The notes under the pieces: generated by a model
Told to the model about the DNA's origin: nothing
Seen by the model: the letters and a program-made list of their open reading frames with translations, nothing else
Database searches by the model: none
DNA from: an uncultured Gammaproteobacteria bacterium
GTDB taxonomy: Bacteria; Pseudomonadota; Gammaproteobacteria; Magnimaribacterales; D2472
Reading direction: 5' to 3'
Assembly: GCA_964014565.1 (NCBI GenBank)
Contig: CAXGZN010000003.1
Span: 1-44,132, forward strand
DNA: 44,132 nt
Made by a program: the position numbers and the translations under genes
Shown: piece after piece, positions 1-9,979 of the stretch
How positions within the stretch are numbered: position 1 is the first letter of the stretch
How the letters are laid out: every line of letters starts with the position of its first letter

Positions 1-1283
1 GGTGCCCAATCTTTTTGATATAAGTCTAAATCTTTTCCAAGTCTCTTTATTAAAGAGCTCATACTTAAATTAACTACTTCAGAAGGTCCAGCACCGAAGA
101 AAATTAAGTCATCATTTACAGGATTCAACTTGCTTAAAAGAGCATTTATGAAATCTTTAGAAAGGAACTTAAGAATTGGAGATTGGAGCCCATTTTCGAT
201 ATCAGAAGCATCATTAATTTTTATATAAGCAAGACCTTTTGCTCCTAATTTACCTACAAAATTTGTATATTCATCTATTTGAGATCTTGTAAGTTTATTT
301 CCTCCATCTACTTTTAAAGCAACGACTCTTGATTCATCATTTTTTGCAGGATCAGAGAAAACTTTAAATTCCTCATTTTTAGCTTCATCAGAAATCTCTA
401 TCAACTCAAGAGGTATTCTTAGATCAGGTTTGTCTGAGCCATATTTATTAATAGCATCCGCATAGTCAAGTTCATCAATATTATCTATGTTGTGATTTGC
501 AAAATCTTTTAGCAAAAGCTTAAGTAAGCTTGAGCCAAGCTCAATAATATCTTTCTCCTCAACAAAAGATGCTTCTATATCAATCTGAGTAAATTCAGGT
601 TGTCTGTCTGCTCTTAGATCTTCATCTCTAAAACATCTTGCAACTTGATAGTATCTGTCCATTCCTCCCATCATGAGCATTTGCTTAAAAAGTTGAGGAG
701 ACTGAGGAAGAGCGTAAAAGCTTCCAGGGTGAACACGACTTGGTAAAATATAGTCCCTTGCTCCTTCAGGAGTAGCTCTTGTGAGTATTGGAGTTTCAAT
801 TTCATTAAAGCTTCTTCCTTCTAAAAAATTTCTTATGGTAGATACAATTTTAGATCTTTTAAGAATCCTATTATTCATTTCAGGTCTTCTTAAATCTAGG
901 ATTCTATTTTTTAATCGAACATCCTCATTAACATCTTGGTAATCATCTAGTGGAAATGCTGGTGTTGCAGCAGAGTTTAAAACCTCTAATTCGCTGACTT
1001 CTATTTCAATCTCCCCAGTCTTCATTTTAGAGTTAACAGTACCCTCAGGTCGCTCTCGGACACTTCCTTTTATCTTAATAACAAACTCGCTTCTACATTT
1101 ATCCGCAAGGGAAAATGCCTCATCGTTGGATGGATCGATAACTGCCTGACATATACCCTCAAGATCTCTTATATCAAGAAAAATAACTCCGCCATGGTCT
1201 CGCCTTCGATGGACCCAGCCACATATCGAAACATCTTTTCCTAAATGTTCTTTAGTTACATTTCCACAGTATTCAGTTCTCAT
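1..1283 (-). CDS. aspS: Aspartyl-tRNA synthetase, probably non-discriminating Asp/Asn type (3' end runs off the window)
   Basis: Not in the ORF track; translated by hand from ATG at 1283: [40 protein letters not shown]...TPEGARDY...[14 protein letters not shown]...[18 protein letters not shown]. These are AspRS signature segments. Confidence 0.97.
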   Translation of the reverse strand, partial: MRTEYCGNVTKEHLGKDVSICGWVHRRRDHGGVIFLDIRDLEGICQAVIDPSNDEAFSLADKCRSEFVIKIKGSVRERPEGTVNSKMKTGEIEIEVSELEVLNSAATPAFPLDDYQDVNEDVRLKNRILDLRRPEMNNRILKRSKIVSTIRNFLEGRSFNEIETPILTRATPEGARDYILPSRVHPGSFYALPQSPQLFKQMLMMGGMDRYYQVARCFRDEDLRADRQPEFTQIDIEASFVEEKDIIELGSSLLKLLLKDFANHNIDNIDELDYADAINKYGSDKPDLRIPLELIEISDEAKNEEFKVFSDPAKNDESRVVALKVDGGNKLTRSQIDEYTNFVGKLGAKGLAYIKINDASDIENGLQSPILKFLSKDFINALLSKLNPVNDDLIFFGAGPSEVVNLSMSSLIKRLGKDLDLYQKDWA

Positions 1284-1554
1284 TGCTTACCTTTCCACTA
1301 TCCTTGTTCTTTTTTTTAGAATTTGTTTTGTCTTTAGTATCTTTTTCTTTGTTAAGTATGTTCTTTTTATCACCTGTTTTAAAGTCAGTTTCATACCATC
1401 CACTTCCCTTGAGCCTAAATGATGGGCTGGATATTAACTTATTTAGAGCATTTTTATCACAATTTGGACATTTTTTTAGTGGATCATCCGAAAATTTCTG
1501 TATTTTTTCAAATTGGTGCCCACAATTTGAGCATTTGTATTCATAAATGGGCAT
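1273..1554 (-). CDS. FmdB-family zinc-ribbon protein
   Basis: [13 protein letters not shown]...CPNC...[14 protein letters not shown] pattern. True start is likely ATG 1554, not 1632. Overlaps the aspS start, a linkage also seen in other gammaproteobacteria. Confidence 0.9.
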   Translation of the reverse strand: MPIYEYKCSNCGHQFEKIQKFSDDPLKKCPNCDKNALNKLISSPSFRLKGSGWYETDFKTGDKKNILNKEKDTKDKTNSKKKNKDSGKVSNEN

Positions 1555-1619
1555 ATAACTAAAAAAAACTATAAAATTATAAACTATAAGTATTTTTAAT
1601 ATGCAAAAATAAAATAGAT

Positions 1620-2885
1620 ATGTTTTGGTCAAATTATTTCATTCCTACACTAAAAGATACTGCTTCTGAAGATGCTCAGGTTATAAGTAATAGCCTCATG
1701 CTGAAGTCTGGGATGATAAGAAAAAATGCCTCTGGGATTTATACATGGCTTCCGCTTGGTTTGAGGGTTTTAAATAAAGTTGAAAATATTGTCAGAGAAG
1801 AAATGAACAATGCAGGAGCGCATGAAGTGCTAATGCCTATGGTTCAACCAAAGGACTTATGGAATGAATCAAAGAGATGGGATAAATTTGGTCCAGAATT
1901 GCTTAGATTTAAAGATCGTCATGATAGAGATTTTTGCTTAGGCCCTACTCATGAAGAAGTAATAACCGATTTAATTAAAAATAATGTCAAAAGTTATAAA
2001 GAGCTTCCTTTAAATATATATCAAATACAAACCAAATTTAGAGATGAAATAAGACCAAGATATGGAGTAATGAGGAGTAGAGAATTCTTAATGAAAGATT
2101 CTTACAGCTTTCATCTTTCTGAAGAAAGCTTGGAAGAAACATACCAAATAATGAGAAATGCCTACTCAAAAATTTTTGAGAGAATAGGTCTAGATTTCAA
2201 AATAGTAAAAGCAGATTCAGGCGCAATTGGTGGAGATAAATCTGAAGAATTTCATGTACTTGCGGAAAATGGTGAAGATACTCTTGCAGTGTCTGATTCA
2301 TCTGATTATGCAGTTAATGCTGAGCTTTTGCTTGAAAATGGTCAAGATTCAAAATCATTAGTTGGGCAAGAGTCTCCTGATGGTAATGGATTGCTTGAAA
2401 TTACAAAAGGTATTGAAGTGGGACATATATTCCAATTGGGCAAGCTGTATAGCGAAAATATGAATGCGACTGTTTTAGATGACTCTGGTAAAGCTAAAAA
2501 TATGCACATGGGATGTTATGGAATAGGCATCTCAAGGATAGTCGCGGCTGCAATAGAACAAAATTTTGATGATAAGGGAATTATTTGGCCAAAATCTATT
2601 TCTCCTTTTGATTTAAATATAATCACAATAGGGGCTGATAAAGACAAAAATATTGAAGCATCATCCAGAAAACTTTATAAAGAGCTCACTCATAAAGGGT
2701 TAGAAGTAATATTGGATGATCGAGATGATGGTTTTGGAAAAAAGATTAAAGATTCTGAATTAGTTGGCATTCCTGTATCGATCGTTTTTGGTAAAAATTT
2801 TACGGAACATAATAAGGTTGAAATTATCTTCAGGAATGGAGAGAAAATTGCTTCTGCTTTGAATGAAGTAGAAGAAATAATTTAA
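1620..2885 (+). CDS. proS: Prolyl-tRNA synthetase lacking the INS editing domain
   Basis: [43 protein letters not shown] and [10 protein letters not shown] motifs; only 421 aa. Confidence 0.97.
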   Translation: MFWSNYFIPTLKDTASEDAQVISNSLMLKSGMIRKNASGIYTWLPLGLRVLNKVENIVREEMNNAGAHEVLMPMVQPKDLWNESKRWDKFGPELLRFKDRHDRDFCLGPTHEEVITDLIKNNVKSYKELPLNIYQIQTKFRDEIRPRYGVMRSREFLMKDSYSFHLSEESLEETYQIMRNAYSKIFERIGLDFKIVKADSGAIGGDKSEEFHVLAENGEDTLAVSDSSDYAVNAELLLENGQDSKSLVGQESPDGNGLLEITKGIEVGHIFQLGKLYSENMNATVLDDSGKAKNMHMGCYGIGISRIVAAAIEQNFDDKGIIWPKSISPFDLNIITIGADKDKNIEASSRKLYKELTHKGLEVILDDRDDGFGKKIKDSELVGIPVSIVFGKNFTEHNKVEIIFRNGEKIASALNEVEEII

Positions 2886-2898
2886 AAAGGAGAAAAAT

Positions 2899-3420
2899 AT
2901 GAGTATTTCGCTCAGCGATGCATCGCTTAAAACTTACAAGCAACTTCTTCCTGCATCTTTAGCTATTATGAAGAAAGCTGAAAAATATTTTACCGATCAA
3001 GGTGCAAACTTAAATGATCTAGCTGGAATGAGATTGATAGAGGATATGGCTCCATTAACTTTCCAAGTTTTCAGTGTTGTACATCATTCTGTAGGTGCTA
3101 TAGATGCATTGAAAACAGGTGAATTCGCTCCTCCAAAAATGCCAGAGAATTTAAGTTTCAATGATCTTATTGACATGCTTGAGAATGCTGAGGAAAAATT
3201 AAATCAATTTTCTGATGACGATATAAACTCTCTTTCAGGGAAAGAAGTAATGTTTAGAATGGGGCAAATAGAATGGGCCTTTACAGCAGAGGACTTTATT
3301 CTCTCTTTCTCACTTCCTAATTTCTATTTTCATGTTACGACATTATATGATCTGTTTAGAGTTAAGGGTCTTGAAATAGGTAAACTTGATTTTGCTGGAA
3401 CACTAAGAATTAAAAACTAA
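2899..3420 (+). CDS. DUF1993-family protein
   Basis: RLIEDMAPLTFQV and SLPNFYFHVTTLYDLFRVKGLEIGKLDF motifs; AAGGAG Shine-Dalgarno (SD) upstream. Confidence 0.85.
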   Translation: MSISLSDASLKTYKQLLPASLAIMKKAEKYFTDQGANLNDLAGMRLIEDMAPLTFQVFSVVHHSVGAIDALKTGEFAPPKMPENLSFNDLIDMLENAEEKLNQFSDDDINSLSGKEVMFRMGQIEWAFTAEDFILSFSLPNFYFHVTTLYDLFRVKGLEIGKLDFAGTLRIKN

Positions 3421-3430
3421 ACTAATACTT

Positions 3431-4873
3431 TTAAGTGCCGCAAAATGTTACAAATGGTGTATTTGTTTCAGATGGCTTCTTAAAAGTTTCAGTATATTCA
3501 TTCTCATCAAAGGGATTTTTAAATAGCTCAAGAATTTCATTGATAAGATCCATATCGCCATTTACAGCATTTTCAAGTGCATCCTCAATGATATGATTCC
3601 TTGGGATATAACATGGATTAGTTAAATCCATTTTCTTTGTAATATCATTGAGATTGGTCTTTTCTGTAATAATTTTTATCATCCAATCTTGAGTCCACTT
3701 CTTGAAATCATCTGAATTTTTAAAAACTGAATCATCAATATTCTTTGTCTTGTTGAGAATTTTTGATAAGTCTCTAAAGGAAAGAGTGAAATCAATTGAA
3801 TTTGAATCTAATATTTTAAGATAATCTTTTAAAAGGTTAATATTGTTTTGATTTATCGAGTTAATACCTAGCTTTTCTCCCATTTCCGAGTAAAAGTATT
3901 TTTCGTAGGAAGGCATTATTGCTTGAAGAACTTCAGTTAATTTTTCAATTGATTTTTGCTCATTATCATCAATGAGGGGGATGAGAGCTTCAGCTAATTT
4001 AGAAAGATTCCAAACGAGGATTGCGGGTTGATTTCCGTAACAATACCTTCCTGCAACATCTATTGAGCTAAAAACTGTCTTTGGATCATAATAATCCATA
4101 AAAGCGCATGGCCCATAGTCAATCGTTTCTCCAGAAACAGTCATATTATCTGTATTCATAACGCCATGAATAAAGCCAATATTCATCCACTTAGAAACTA
4201 ATCTTGTCTGACTTTCACATACTGCAGCAAAAAACTTTATATATCTGTCATTGGTATTTTTTAATTCAGGGTAATGTCTAAGAATAGAGTAATCCGCTAA
4301 CTTTTTTAAGATCTGAGTGCCTTGCATAGCAGCAAACTCGAATGTACCTATTCTTATATGGCTATTAGCAACTCTTGCAAGAATGCCTCCAGGAAGCTCA
4401 GTGTCTCTCGTAACACTTTCATTAGTTTTTAAAGCAAGTAGTGCTCGAGTTGTTGGTATCCCAGCTGCATTCATGAATTCGCTTATTATGTATTCTCTTA
4501 ATACAGGACTTAGAGCAGATTTTCCGTCTCCCCTTCTAGAAAAAGGTGTTTGTCCAATACCTTTTAATTGAATATCTAGATTATTAATCTCTCCAAGCAA
4601 GATCGCTCTCCCATCACCAAGATTTGGATTAAATTGTCCAAATTGATGTCCAGAGTACGCTTGCGCAATAGGTATCGAATCTCTAAGTAATGCATTACCA
4701 CTGAAAACATTTAGACATTTTTCAGAGTCTAAGAACTTTTTACTAAAACCAAGCTCTTCGCCAAGTTCATAATTTTTAAGAATTATTTCAGAATTCTGGA
4801 ACCCGGAAGGAAAACACTTCTTTGATAACGCAGGTAAATCCTGGGCATAAGAATTCTTAAGGCCTGATTGCAT
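3431..4873 (-). CDS. selO: SelO/YdiU-family protein adenylyltransferase
   Basis: YSGHQFG, LGDGRA, QLKGIGQTPFSRRGDG, HGVMNTDN and IDYGP motifs; C-terminal TFCGT. Confidence 0.95.
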   Translation of the reverse strand: MQSGLKNSYAQDLPALSKKCFPSGFQNSEIILKNYELGEELGFSKKFLDSEKCLNVFSGNALLRDSIPIAQAYSGHQFGQFNPNLGDGRAILLGEINNLDIQLKGIGQTPFSRRGDGKSALSPVLREYIISEFMNAAGIPTTRALLALKTNESVTRDTELPGGILARVANSHIRIGTFEFAAMQGTQILKKLADYSILRHYPELKNTNDRYIKFFAAVCESQTRLVSKWMNIGFIHGVMNTDNMTVSGETIDYGPCAFMDYYDPKTVFSSIDVAGRYCYGNQPAILVWNLSKLAEALIPLIDDNEQKSIEKLTEVLQAIMPSYEKYFYSEMGEKLGINSINQNNINLLKDYLKILDSNSIDFTLSFRDLSKILNKTKNIDDSVFKNSDDFKKWTQDWMIKIITEKTNLNDITKKMDLTNPCYIPRNHIIEDALENAVNGDMDLINEILELFKNPFDENEYTETFKKPSETNTPFVTFCGT

Positions 4874-4904
4874 AAAAATTTGAGAATATCTAGTTAGGTT
4901 TTCT

Positions 4905-6086
4905 TTAACTTACTCTTTTAATTATGGTCGCATTTGCGGTTCCACCACCTTCACAAATTGCTTGGAGACCATACTTTGACTCTCTTCTCTCCATTTCATG
5001 CAGAAGTGTAGTCATTAGTTTTGCACCCGTAGCTCCTAAAGGATGGCCCAAAGCCATTGCACCCCCATTTACATTAAGCTTTTCCTTATCAGCATGTAGC
5101 TCAGCTGCCCATGCAAGAGGAACAGGAGCAAATGCTTCATTGACCTCGTAAAGATCTATATCATCTATTGATAAATTAGCAGCTTCTAATGCTTTTTTTG
5201 AAGCAGGAATTGGACCGGTCAGCATAAATACTGGATCATCACCCACAACAGAAATAGATACTATTTCTGCCCTTGGATTTGCTTGAATTTTCTTGAGGCC
5301 TGATTCATTGCAAACTAAAACCGCTGCAGCTCCATCAGTTATTTGGCTTGCATTACCAGCAGTTATAACACCGCCTTCGGTAACAGTCTTCAAGCCAGCC
5401 AATTTATCTAAACTTGCGTCAAATCTTATTCCTTCATCAGCGATTACCATATCTTCAATGCCTTCAGCATTCTTGCCTTTAACAGGAAGAATTTCACGAT
5501 CAAAAAAATTAGACTCTGTTGCATTAGCTGCTTTTTGATGACTTTCTAGGGCAAATTGATCAAGATCTTGTCTTGAAAGATTCCATTTATCTGCAACAAG
5601 TTCAGCACCAGTAAATTGTGAAAAGAATATCCCTGGATATCTCTGTTTCATTCCCTCTGAATCAAAAGGGAGTCCATGACCTGCATCAAAGCCATCCTTT
5701 ACTGCGGCTCCAATTGGAACCATTGACATAACCTCAACACCGCCACCTATGACGATGTCCTGTGTTCCAGACATTACTGCTTGAATAGCAAAATGAATTG
5801 CTTGTTGCGAAGATCCGCATTGTCTATCTACAGAAGTACCAGGAACAGATTCAGGAAAAGAGGAAGAAAGAACTGCATTCCTTGCAATATTTCCTGACTG
5901 GGCTCCAACTTGATCAACACAACCAAAAATCACATCATCTACTAGCTCAGGATCCATATCCAGTCTTGAGACTATCTCATCAAGTACTTTCGCCCCTAAA
6001 TCTGCAGGATGCCATAAACTTAATCTTCCATCTCTTTTTCCACCAGCTGTTCTAACTGCCTCTACAATAAATGCTTTCTCTGCCAT
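4905..6086 (-). CDS. Acetyl-CoA C-acyltransferase (thiolase)
   Basis: DRQCGSSQQA, NEAFA, GHPLGATG and CEGGG motifs. Start reassigned to MAEKAF at 6086, which has GGAG upstream. Confidence 0.95.
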   Translation of the reverse strand: MAEKAFIVEAVRTAGGKRDGRLSLWHPADLGAKVLDEIVSRLDMDPELVDDVIFGCVDQVGAQSGNIARNAVLSSSFPESVPGTSVDRQCGSSQQAIHFAIQAVMSGTQDIVIGGGVEVMSMVPIGAAVKDGFDAGHGLPFDSEGMKQRYPGIFFSQFTGAELVADKWNLSRQDLDQFALESHQKAANATESNFFDREILPVKGKNAEGIEDMVIADEGIRFDASLDKLAGLKTVTEGGVITAGNASQITDGAAAVLVCNESGLKKIQANPRAEIVSISVVGDDPVFMLTGPIPASKKALEAANLSIDDIDLYEVNEAFAPVPLAWAAELHADKEKLNVNGGAMALGHPLGATGAKLMTTLLHEMERRESKYGLQAICEGGGTANATIIKRVS

Positions 6087-6095
6087 AAAAACTCC

Positions 6096-6136
6096 AAAAA
6101 AAATGATTGAGTAAATTCTAATACTCAATCATTTTT
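6096..6136 (-). terminator. Probable intrinsic terminator of recA (perfect 15-bp inverted repeat with U-tract), overlapping a putative thiolase promoter
   Basis: AAAAATGATTGAGTA (6099-6113) and TACTCAATCATTTTT (6122-6136) with an 8-nt loop. The minus-strand RNA ends in U8. Confidence 0.6.
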
Positions 6137-6153
6137 CAGGCAAATATATTAAA

Positions 6154-7158
6154 TTATTTTTTCTTTGATTTTGATTTGATGTGGGCCGCTTTTATTTGTT
6201 TTACAAGAGCATTTCGTATTTTTTTATTTTCCCTTAAAAAATTGCTTGCATTAGTTTTACCCTGACCAATTTTTTCATCATTATAGCTATACCAAGAACC
6301 TGCTTTCTCAATGAGGCCTAGTTTTTGTCCAAAGTCGATAATTTCTCCTTCAACATTAATTCCCTTTCCATATAAGATTTGGAACTCCGCTTTTGTAAAT
6401 GGTGGAGAAACTTTATTTTTTACTACTTTCACTCTTGTTTCATTACCGATGACTTCTTCTCCTTCTTTGACTGCGCCAATTCTTCGGATATCAAGCCTTA
6501 CTGATGAATAGAATTTTAGAGCGTTACCACCAGTAGTAGTCTCAGGATTACCAAACATAACTCCAATTTTCATCCTTATTTGATTGATAAAGATTACAGT
6601 TGCATTTGATCTTTGAATATTTCCAGTTATTTTTCGAAGCGCTTGTGACATTAGTCGGGCTTGAAGTCCAACATGGTGATCACCCATTTCACCCTCAATT
6701 TCTGCCCTTGGTGTCAGAGCTGCAACCGAATCAACCACCAAAAGATCTACACTGTTAGATTTAACAAGCATATCAGCTACTTCAAGAGCCTGTTCGCCAG
6801 TATCTGGTTGAGAAAGGAGGAGTTCATCAACATTAACTCCGAGTTTTTTTGCATAAAGAGGATCCAGAGCATGTTCTGCATCAATAAAGGCTGCAGTTCC
6901 ACCCGCTTTTTGGCATTCTGCAATCACTTGTAAAGTAAGAGTTGTCTTACCAGATGATTCAGGTCCAAAAATTTCAATTACTCTTCCTTGGGGCACACCA
7001 CCAATTCCTAAAGCAATATCTAAACCCAAAGATCCAGTCGATATAGAAGGAATATCGACAACCTCTCTGTCGCCCATTCTCATTACAGTTCCCTTACCAA
7101 ATTGTTTTTCAATCTGATTCAAAGTCTCATTAAGTTGTTTTGATTTATCTTCTGCCAT
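6154..7158 (-). CDS. recA: Recombinase RecA
   Basis: [30 protein letters not shown] and GGNALKFY motifs; no intein. Confidence 0.99.
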   Translation of the reverse strand: MAEDKSKQLNETLNQIEKQFGKGTVMRMGDREVVDIPSISTGSLGLDIALGIGGVPQGRVIEIFGPESSGKTTLTLQVIAECQKAGGTAAFIDAEHALDPLYAKKLGVNVDELLLSQPDTGEQALEVADMLVKSNSVDLLVVDSVAALTPRAEIEGEMGDHHVGLQARLMSQALRKITGNIQRSNATVIFINQIRMKIGVMFGNPETTTGGNALKFYSSVRLDIRRIGAVKEGEEVIGNETRVKVVKNKVSPPFTKAEFQILYGKGINVEGEIIDFGQKLGLIEKAGSWYSYNDEKIGQGKTNASNFLRENKKIRNALVKQIKAAHIKSKSKKK

Positions 7159-7168
7159 AATTAACTCC

Positions 7169-7188
7169 TACTGTATGTATGTACAGTA
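7169..7188. promoter_or_regulatory. LexA (SOS) box overlapping the recA -10 element
   Basis: TACTGTATGTATGTACAGTA = CTGT-N8-ACAG. On the minus strand TTGATT (7207-7212)-N16-TATACT (7185-7190); the SD AGGAG directly follows the box. Confidence 0.9.
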
Positions 7189-7278
7189 TATCAAATTCTT
7201 TCCTAAAATCAATAAATCGCTAATTGATAATGTTTTTTTTGCGCATTTAATATAGAATCTTTTTTTTTAATAAACAAT

Positions 7279-7887
7279 ATGACATTCGTAGTTACAGAAG
7301 CTTGCATCAAATGCAAATACACTGATTGTGTAGAAGTTTGTCCTGTTGATTGTTTTTATGAGGGGCCAAATTTTCTTGTTATTCATCCTGATGAATGCAT
7401 AGACTGTGGATTATGTGAGCCTGAGTGTCCCATAGAAGCCATTTCAGCTGACGACGAGCTACCAGACGATCAAATAGAATTTATTGAAATTAATGCAAAA
7501 CTTGCTGATGTTTATCCAAATATTTCGGAAGCTAAGGCACCACTCCCAGAGGCCGACGAATTTAAGGATATTAAAGATAAAAAACATTTCTTAAATTTGG
7601 ATACTTCTGATGCCCAAGTTGCAAATGATATAGGTGTCGAATCAAATGAGATATTTTTATATTCAAATGGAGAGCTTGAAATTAACAATATTAAAATTGA
7701 GATAAAAGATATTTCAAATATTGATGAATCTATTTTTAGGAATACTCTAATTGATAATTTAGTAAAAGAAGAAATTGTTCATCTTAATGTTCAAGGTAAG
7801 GCGTTTCATGAGTGGGCAATGAAAATAATGGAATTCCTTCAAAGCAATGATTTTACAGATGTTAAGTTAAGAACTCTCGAAGATTAA
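7279..7887 (+). CDS. fdxA: 7Fe ferredoxin (FdxA/FdI type) with ~95-aa C-terminal ExbD/TolR-like extension
   Basis: [17 protein letters not shown] and [12 protein letters not shown] cluster motifs in aa 1-107; extra domain aa ~108-202. Confidence 0.9.
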   Translation: MTFVVTEACIKCKYTDCVEVCPVDCFYEGPNFLVIHPDECIDCGLCEPECPIEAISADDELPDDQIEFIEINAKLADVYPNISEAKAPLPEADEFKDIKDKKHFLNLDTSDAQVANDIGVESNEIFLYSNGELEINNIKIEIKDISNIDESIFRNTLIDNLVKEEIVHLNVQGKAFHEWAMKIMEFLQSNDFTDVKLRTLED

Positions 7888-8570
7888 ATCATCGAAGAGC
7901 CAGCCCCAAATATAAATCCTGCAAAAATCATATAGATATACTTATCAAATTCAGATAGAAGCTTTTCAATTAATTTTGGCATAGTGATTAATGAAAAAAG
8001 CATTCCTGTCGCAAAAGGAAGAAGCACTAAGAGGTTTAGATCTGCTACAGATCCAATAATTAATGGATAAATCCCTATTGCTAATAGAAAAGCGCTTCCG
8101 GATATCCCTGGTATTAATAAAAAAGAAAAAGCAATAAACCCATATACCCCTAAATGAAAGATACCAGCAGATGCATCGAGACCAGATAAATTTCCAATAG
8201 CGACTCCAATAGCCACTGAAATAACAAACATTAAGGAAAAGAAAAATAGTTCTTTTCTATTAGATCTTTCAATATTGCTTAGGAATAAATAAGCACCATA
8301 GAAAATCATAAGAATTCCAATAAATAACTCGAATAAATTTGTGTAATTTAAAAATAAAAAATTTATCAGTTTTGAAAAACCAAAAACACTTACAGCCATT
8401 CCAAGCAACAATGGAACAAGAAGATCTAGATCTGTTAGTTTGGAAATACATTTAATAAGTTTTTTATATATGCCAAACATCATGGCAACTGTTGCCCCTG
8501 AAATTCCTGGTAGCAACTCGGCAAGACCTATACAAAAACCAGCCAAAAGGAATCTGAGTTTAATATTCAT
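7884..8570 (-). CDS. DUF368-family membrane protein (undecaprenyl-phosphate recycling translocase family)
   Basis: Two repeats, LPGISGAT and [11 protein letters not shown]; multi-pass hydrophobic. Start at 8570 overlaps the pcm stop (ATGA). Confidence 0.88.
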   Translation of the reverse strand: MNIKLRFLLAGFCIGLAELLPGISGATVAMMFGIYKKLIKCISKLTDLDLLVPLLLGMAVSVFGFSKLINFLFLNYTNLFELFIGILMIFYGAYLFLSNIERSNRKELFFFSLMFVISVAIGVAIGNLSGLDASAGIFHLGVYGFIAFSFLLIPGISGSAFLLAIGIYPLIIGSVADLNLLVLLPFATGMLFSLITMPKLIEKLLSEFDKYIYMIFAGFIFGAGSSMI

Positions 8571-9232
8571 TTTGAAGTACCACCTAGCATTGGAACAAAT
8601 GAAACGTTCTCGCATTCTTGTTCATCAAAACCCTTTCTAGTTTTAGTAACTATTTTTAATTTCTGAGATTTGCTCCCACCGACTGGAAGAACAAGACAAC
8701 ATCCAACCTTTAAAAAAGCTAAAAGGCTTTTGGGTATTTCTGGTGGTGCTGCTGCACAAAGAATACCATCATATTTAATTTCTTCATCCCAACCTTCAAA
8801 GCCATCTCTATTTTTAATTAGAACATTATGAATTCTTAGATCTGATAGATTCTCACGAGCCTTGCTAACTAATTGTTTAATTCTTTCCACAGAATGCACC
8901 TCATCAGCAAAGTAAGAAAGAACAGCAGATTGGTAACCACAACCGGACCCTATCTCAAGAATCTTTTCAAATTTATCATTTTGTTTTGCTGAATTTCGAA
9001 CCAATAGTTCTGTCATCTTTGCAACAATATATGGCTGCGAAATGGTTTGTTTGTATCCAATAGGTAAAGACATATTTTCATAAGCTCTGGACCTTAATGC
9101 TTCATCAATGAAAATATGTCTGGGCACCCTTCTCATTGCATCTAAAACACTAAAGTCTTTGATGCCCATTTCAAGCAGTTTTCCAATCATCTCTTCAAGC
9201 GGTCTTTCGTATATTGCTTTGGGGTTATTCAT
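8567..9232 (-). CDS. pcm: Protein-L-isoaspartate O-methyltransferase
   Basis: VPRHIF, LPIGYKQTISQPYIVA and LEIGSGCGYQ motifs; follows surE. Confidence 0.96.
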   Translation of the reverse strand: MNNPKAIYERPLEEMIGKLLEMGIKDFSVLDAMRRVPRHIFIDEALRSRAYENMSLPIGYKQTISQPYIVAKMTELLVRNSAKQNDKFEKILEIGSGCGYQSAVLSYFADEVHSVERIKQLVSKARENLSDLRIHNVLIKNRDGFEGWDEEIKYDGILCAAAPPEIPKSLLAFLKVGCCLVLPVGGSKSQKLKIVTKTRKGFDEQECENVSFVPMLGGTSK

Positions 9233-9977
9233 TTATGAAGTTCTCAAGCTCAAGACTATTAAAATTAGGATCTAGTAATTCATAATCTAAAATTGATATA
9301 GATACATATCCAAGTTTCACAGCCTCGGCATCGGTAAGAAAATCTTCCTTTATTGGCGCTCCTGATGCCGCATACCTAAATGACTGAATGTCAGAATTAT
9401 TTTTTAGAATATCAGGAGTTGGTGGAACATCTCTTTTAGCAATTGGAACCACTTTAATGCCCTTATAAGATTTTTCATCAATATCAGGAAAGTTTATATT
9501 TACAACTTTATTTAAAATTTCCTGTTTTTCAAAAGAAGTTATTAATTCAACTAATTCACATGACTTATTTGCTATAAAATCTAGGTGCCTAGGCTTGTGC
9601 TCACATGAAGAAATTGCAATCGGCGGAAACTTCAGCTTTCTTCCTCCAAGCGCAGCTCCAACAGTACCAGAATACAAAACATCATTCCCAATATTTGCTC
9701 CAAGGTTGATGCCTGATACAAGCACATCTATTTCATCATTTAGAAGATTTAATAAGCCAATATATGCACAATCAGCTGGAGTTCCTTTAACAATGTAAAG
9801 TTTTTCCGATTCCTTCTTGATTTCAATTTCTTTCATGTACGAGATAGATGCACTTAGGCCACTGCAATTTTTTTCTGGAGCTACAACGTAGACATTATGA
9901 CTCTTTTCTAATGCAGTTCTAATGGCCTTAATTCCATCAGCATCAAAACCATCATCATTTGTAAGAAGAATATTCAT
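9225..9977 (-). CDS. surE: 5'/3'-nucleotidase SurE
   Basis: ILLTNDDG, GTPADC and SGINLGANIG..YSGTVGAA motifs. Confidence 0.96.
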   Translation of the reverse strand: MNILLTNDDGFDADGIKAIRTALEKSHNVYVVAPEKNCSGLSASISYMKEIEIKKESEKLYIVKGTPADCAYIGLLNLLNDEIDVLVSGINLGANIGNDVLYSGTVGAALGGRKLKFPPIAISSCEHKPRHLDFIANKSCELVELITSFEKQEILNKVVNINFPDIDEKSYKGIKVVPIAKRDVPPTPDILKNNSDIQSFRYAASGAPIKEDFLTDAEAVKLGYVSISILDYELLDPNFNSLELENFINE

Positions 9978-9979
9978 AT

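Noticed and set aside
1555-1632. Apparent N-terminal extensions in the ORF track (FmdB here; likewise thiolase, DUF368, ispDF, murC, murF, rpsI)
   Set aside because: Longest-ORF artefacts. Downstream ATGs match family starts, SD position or stop/start overlaps, unlike petA, which has no alternative start.
3431-3450. Possible selenocysteine in SelO
   Set aside because: The C-terminus is TFCGT followed by TAA; there is no in-frame TGA.
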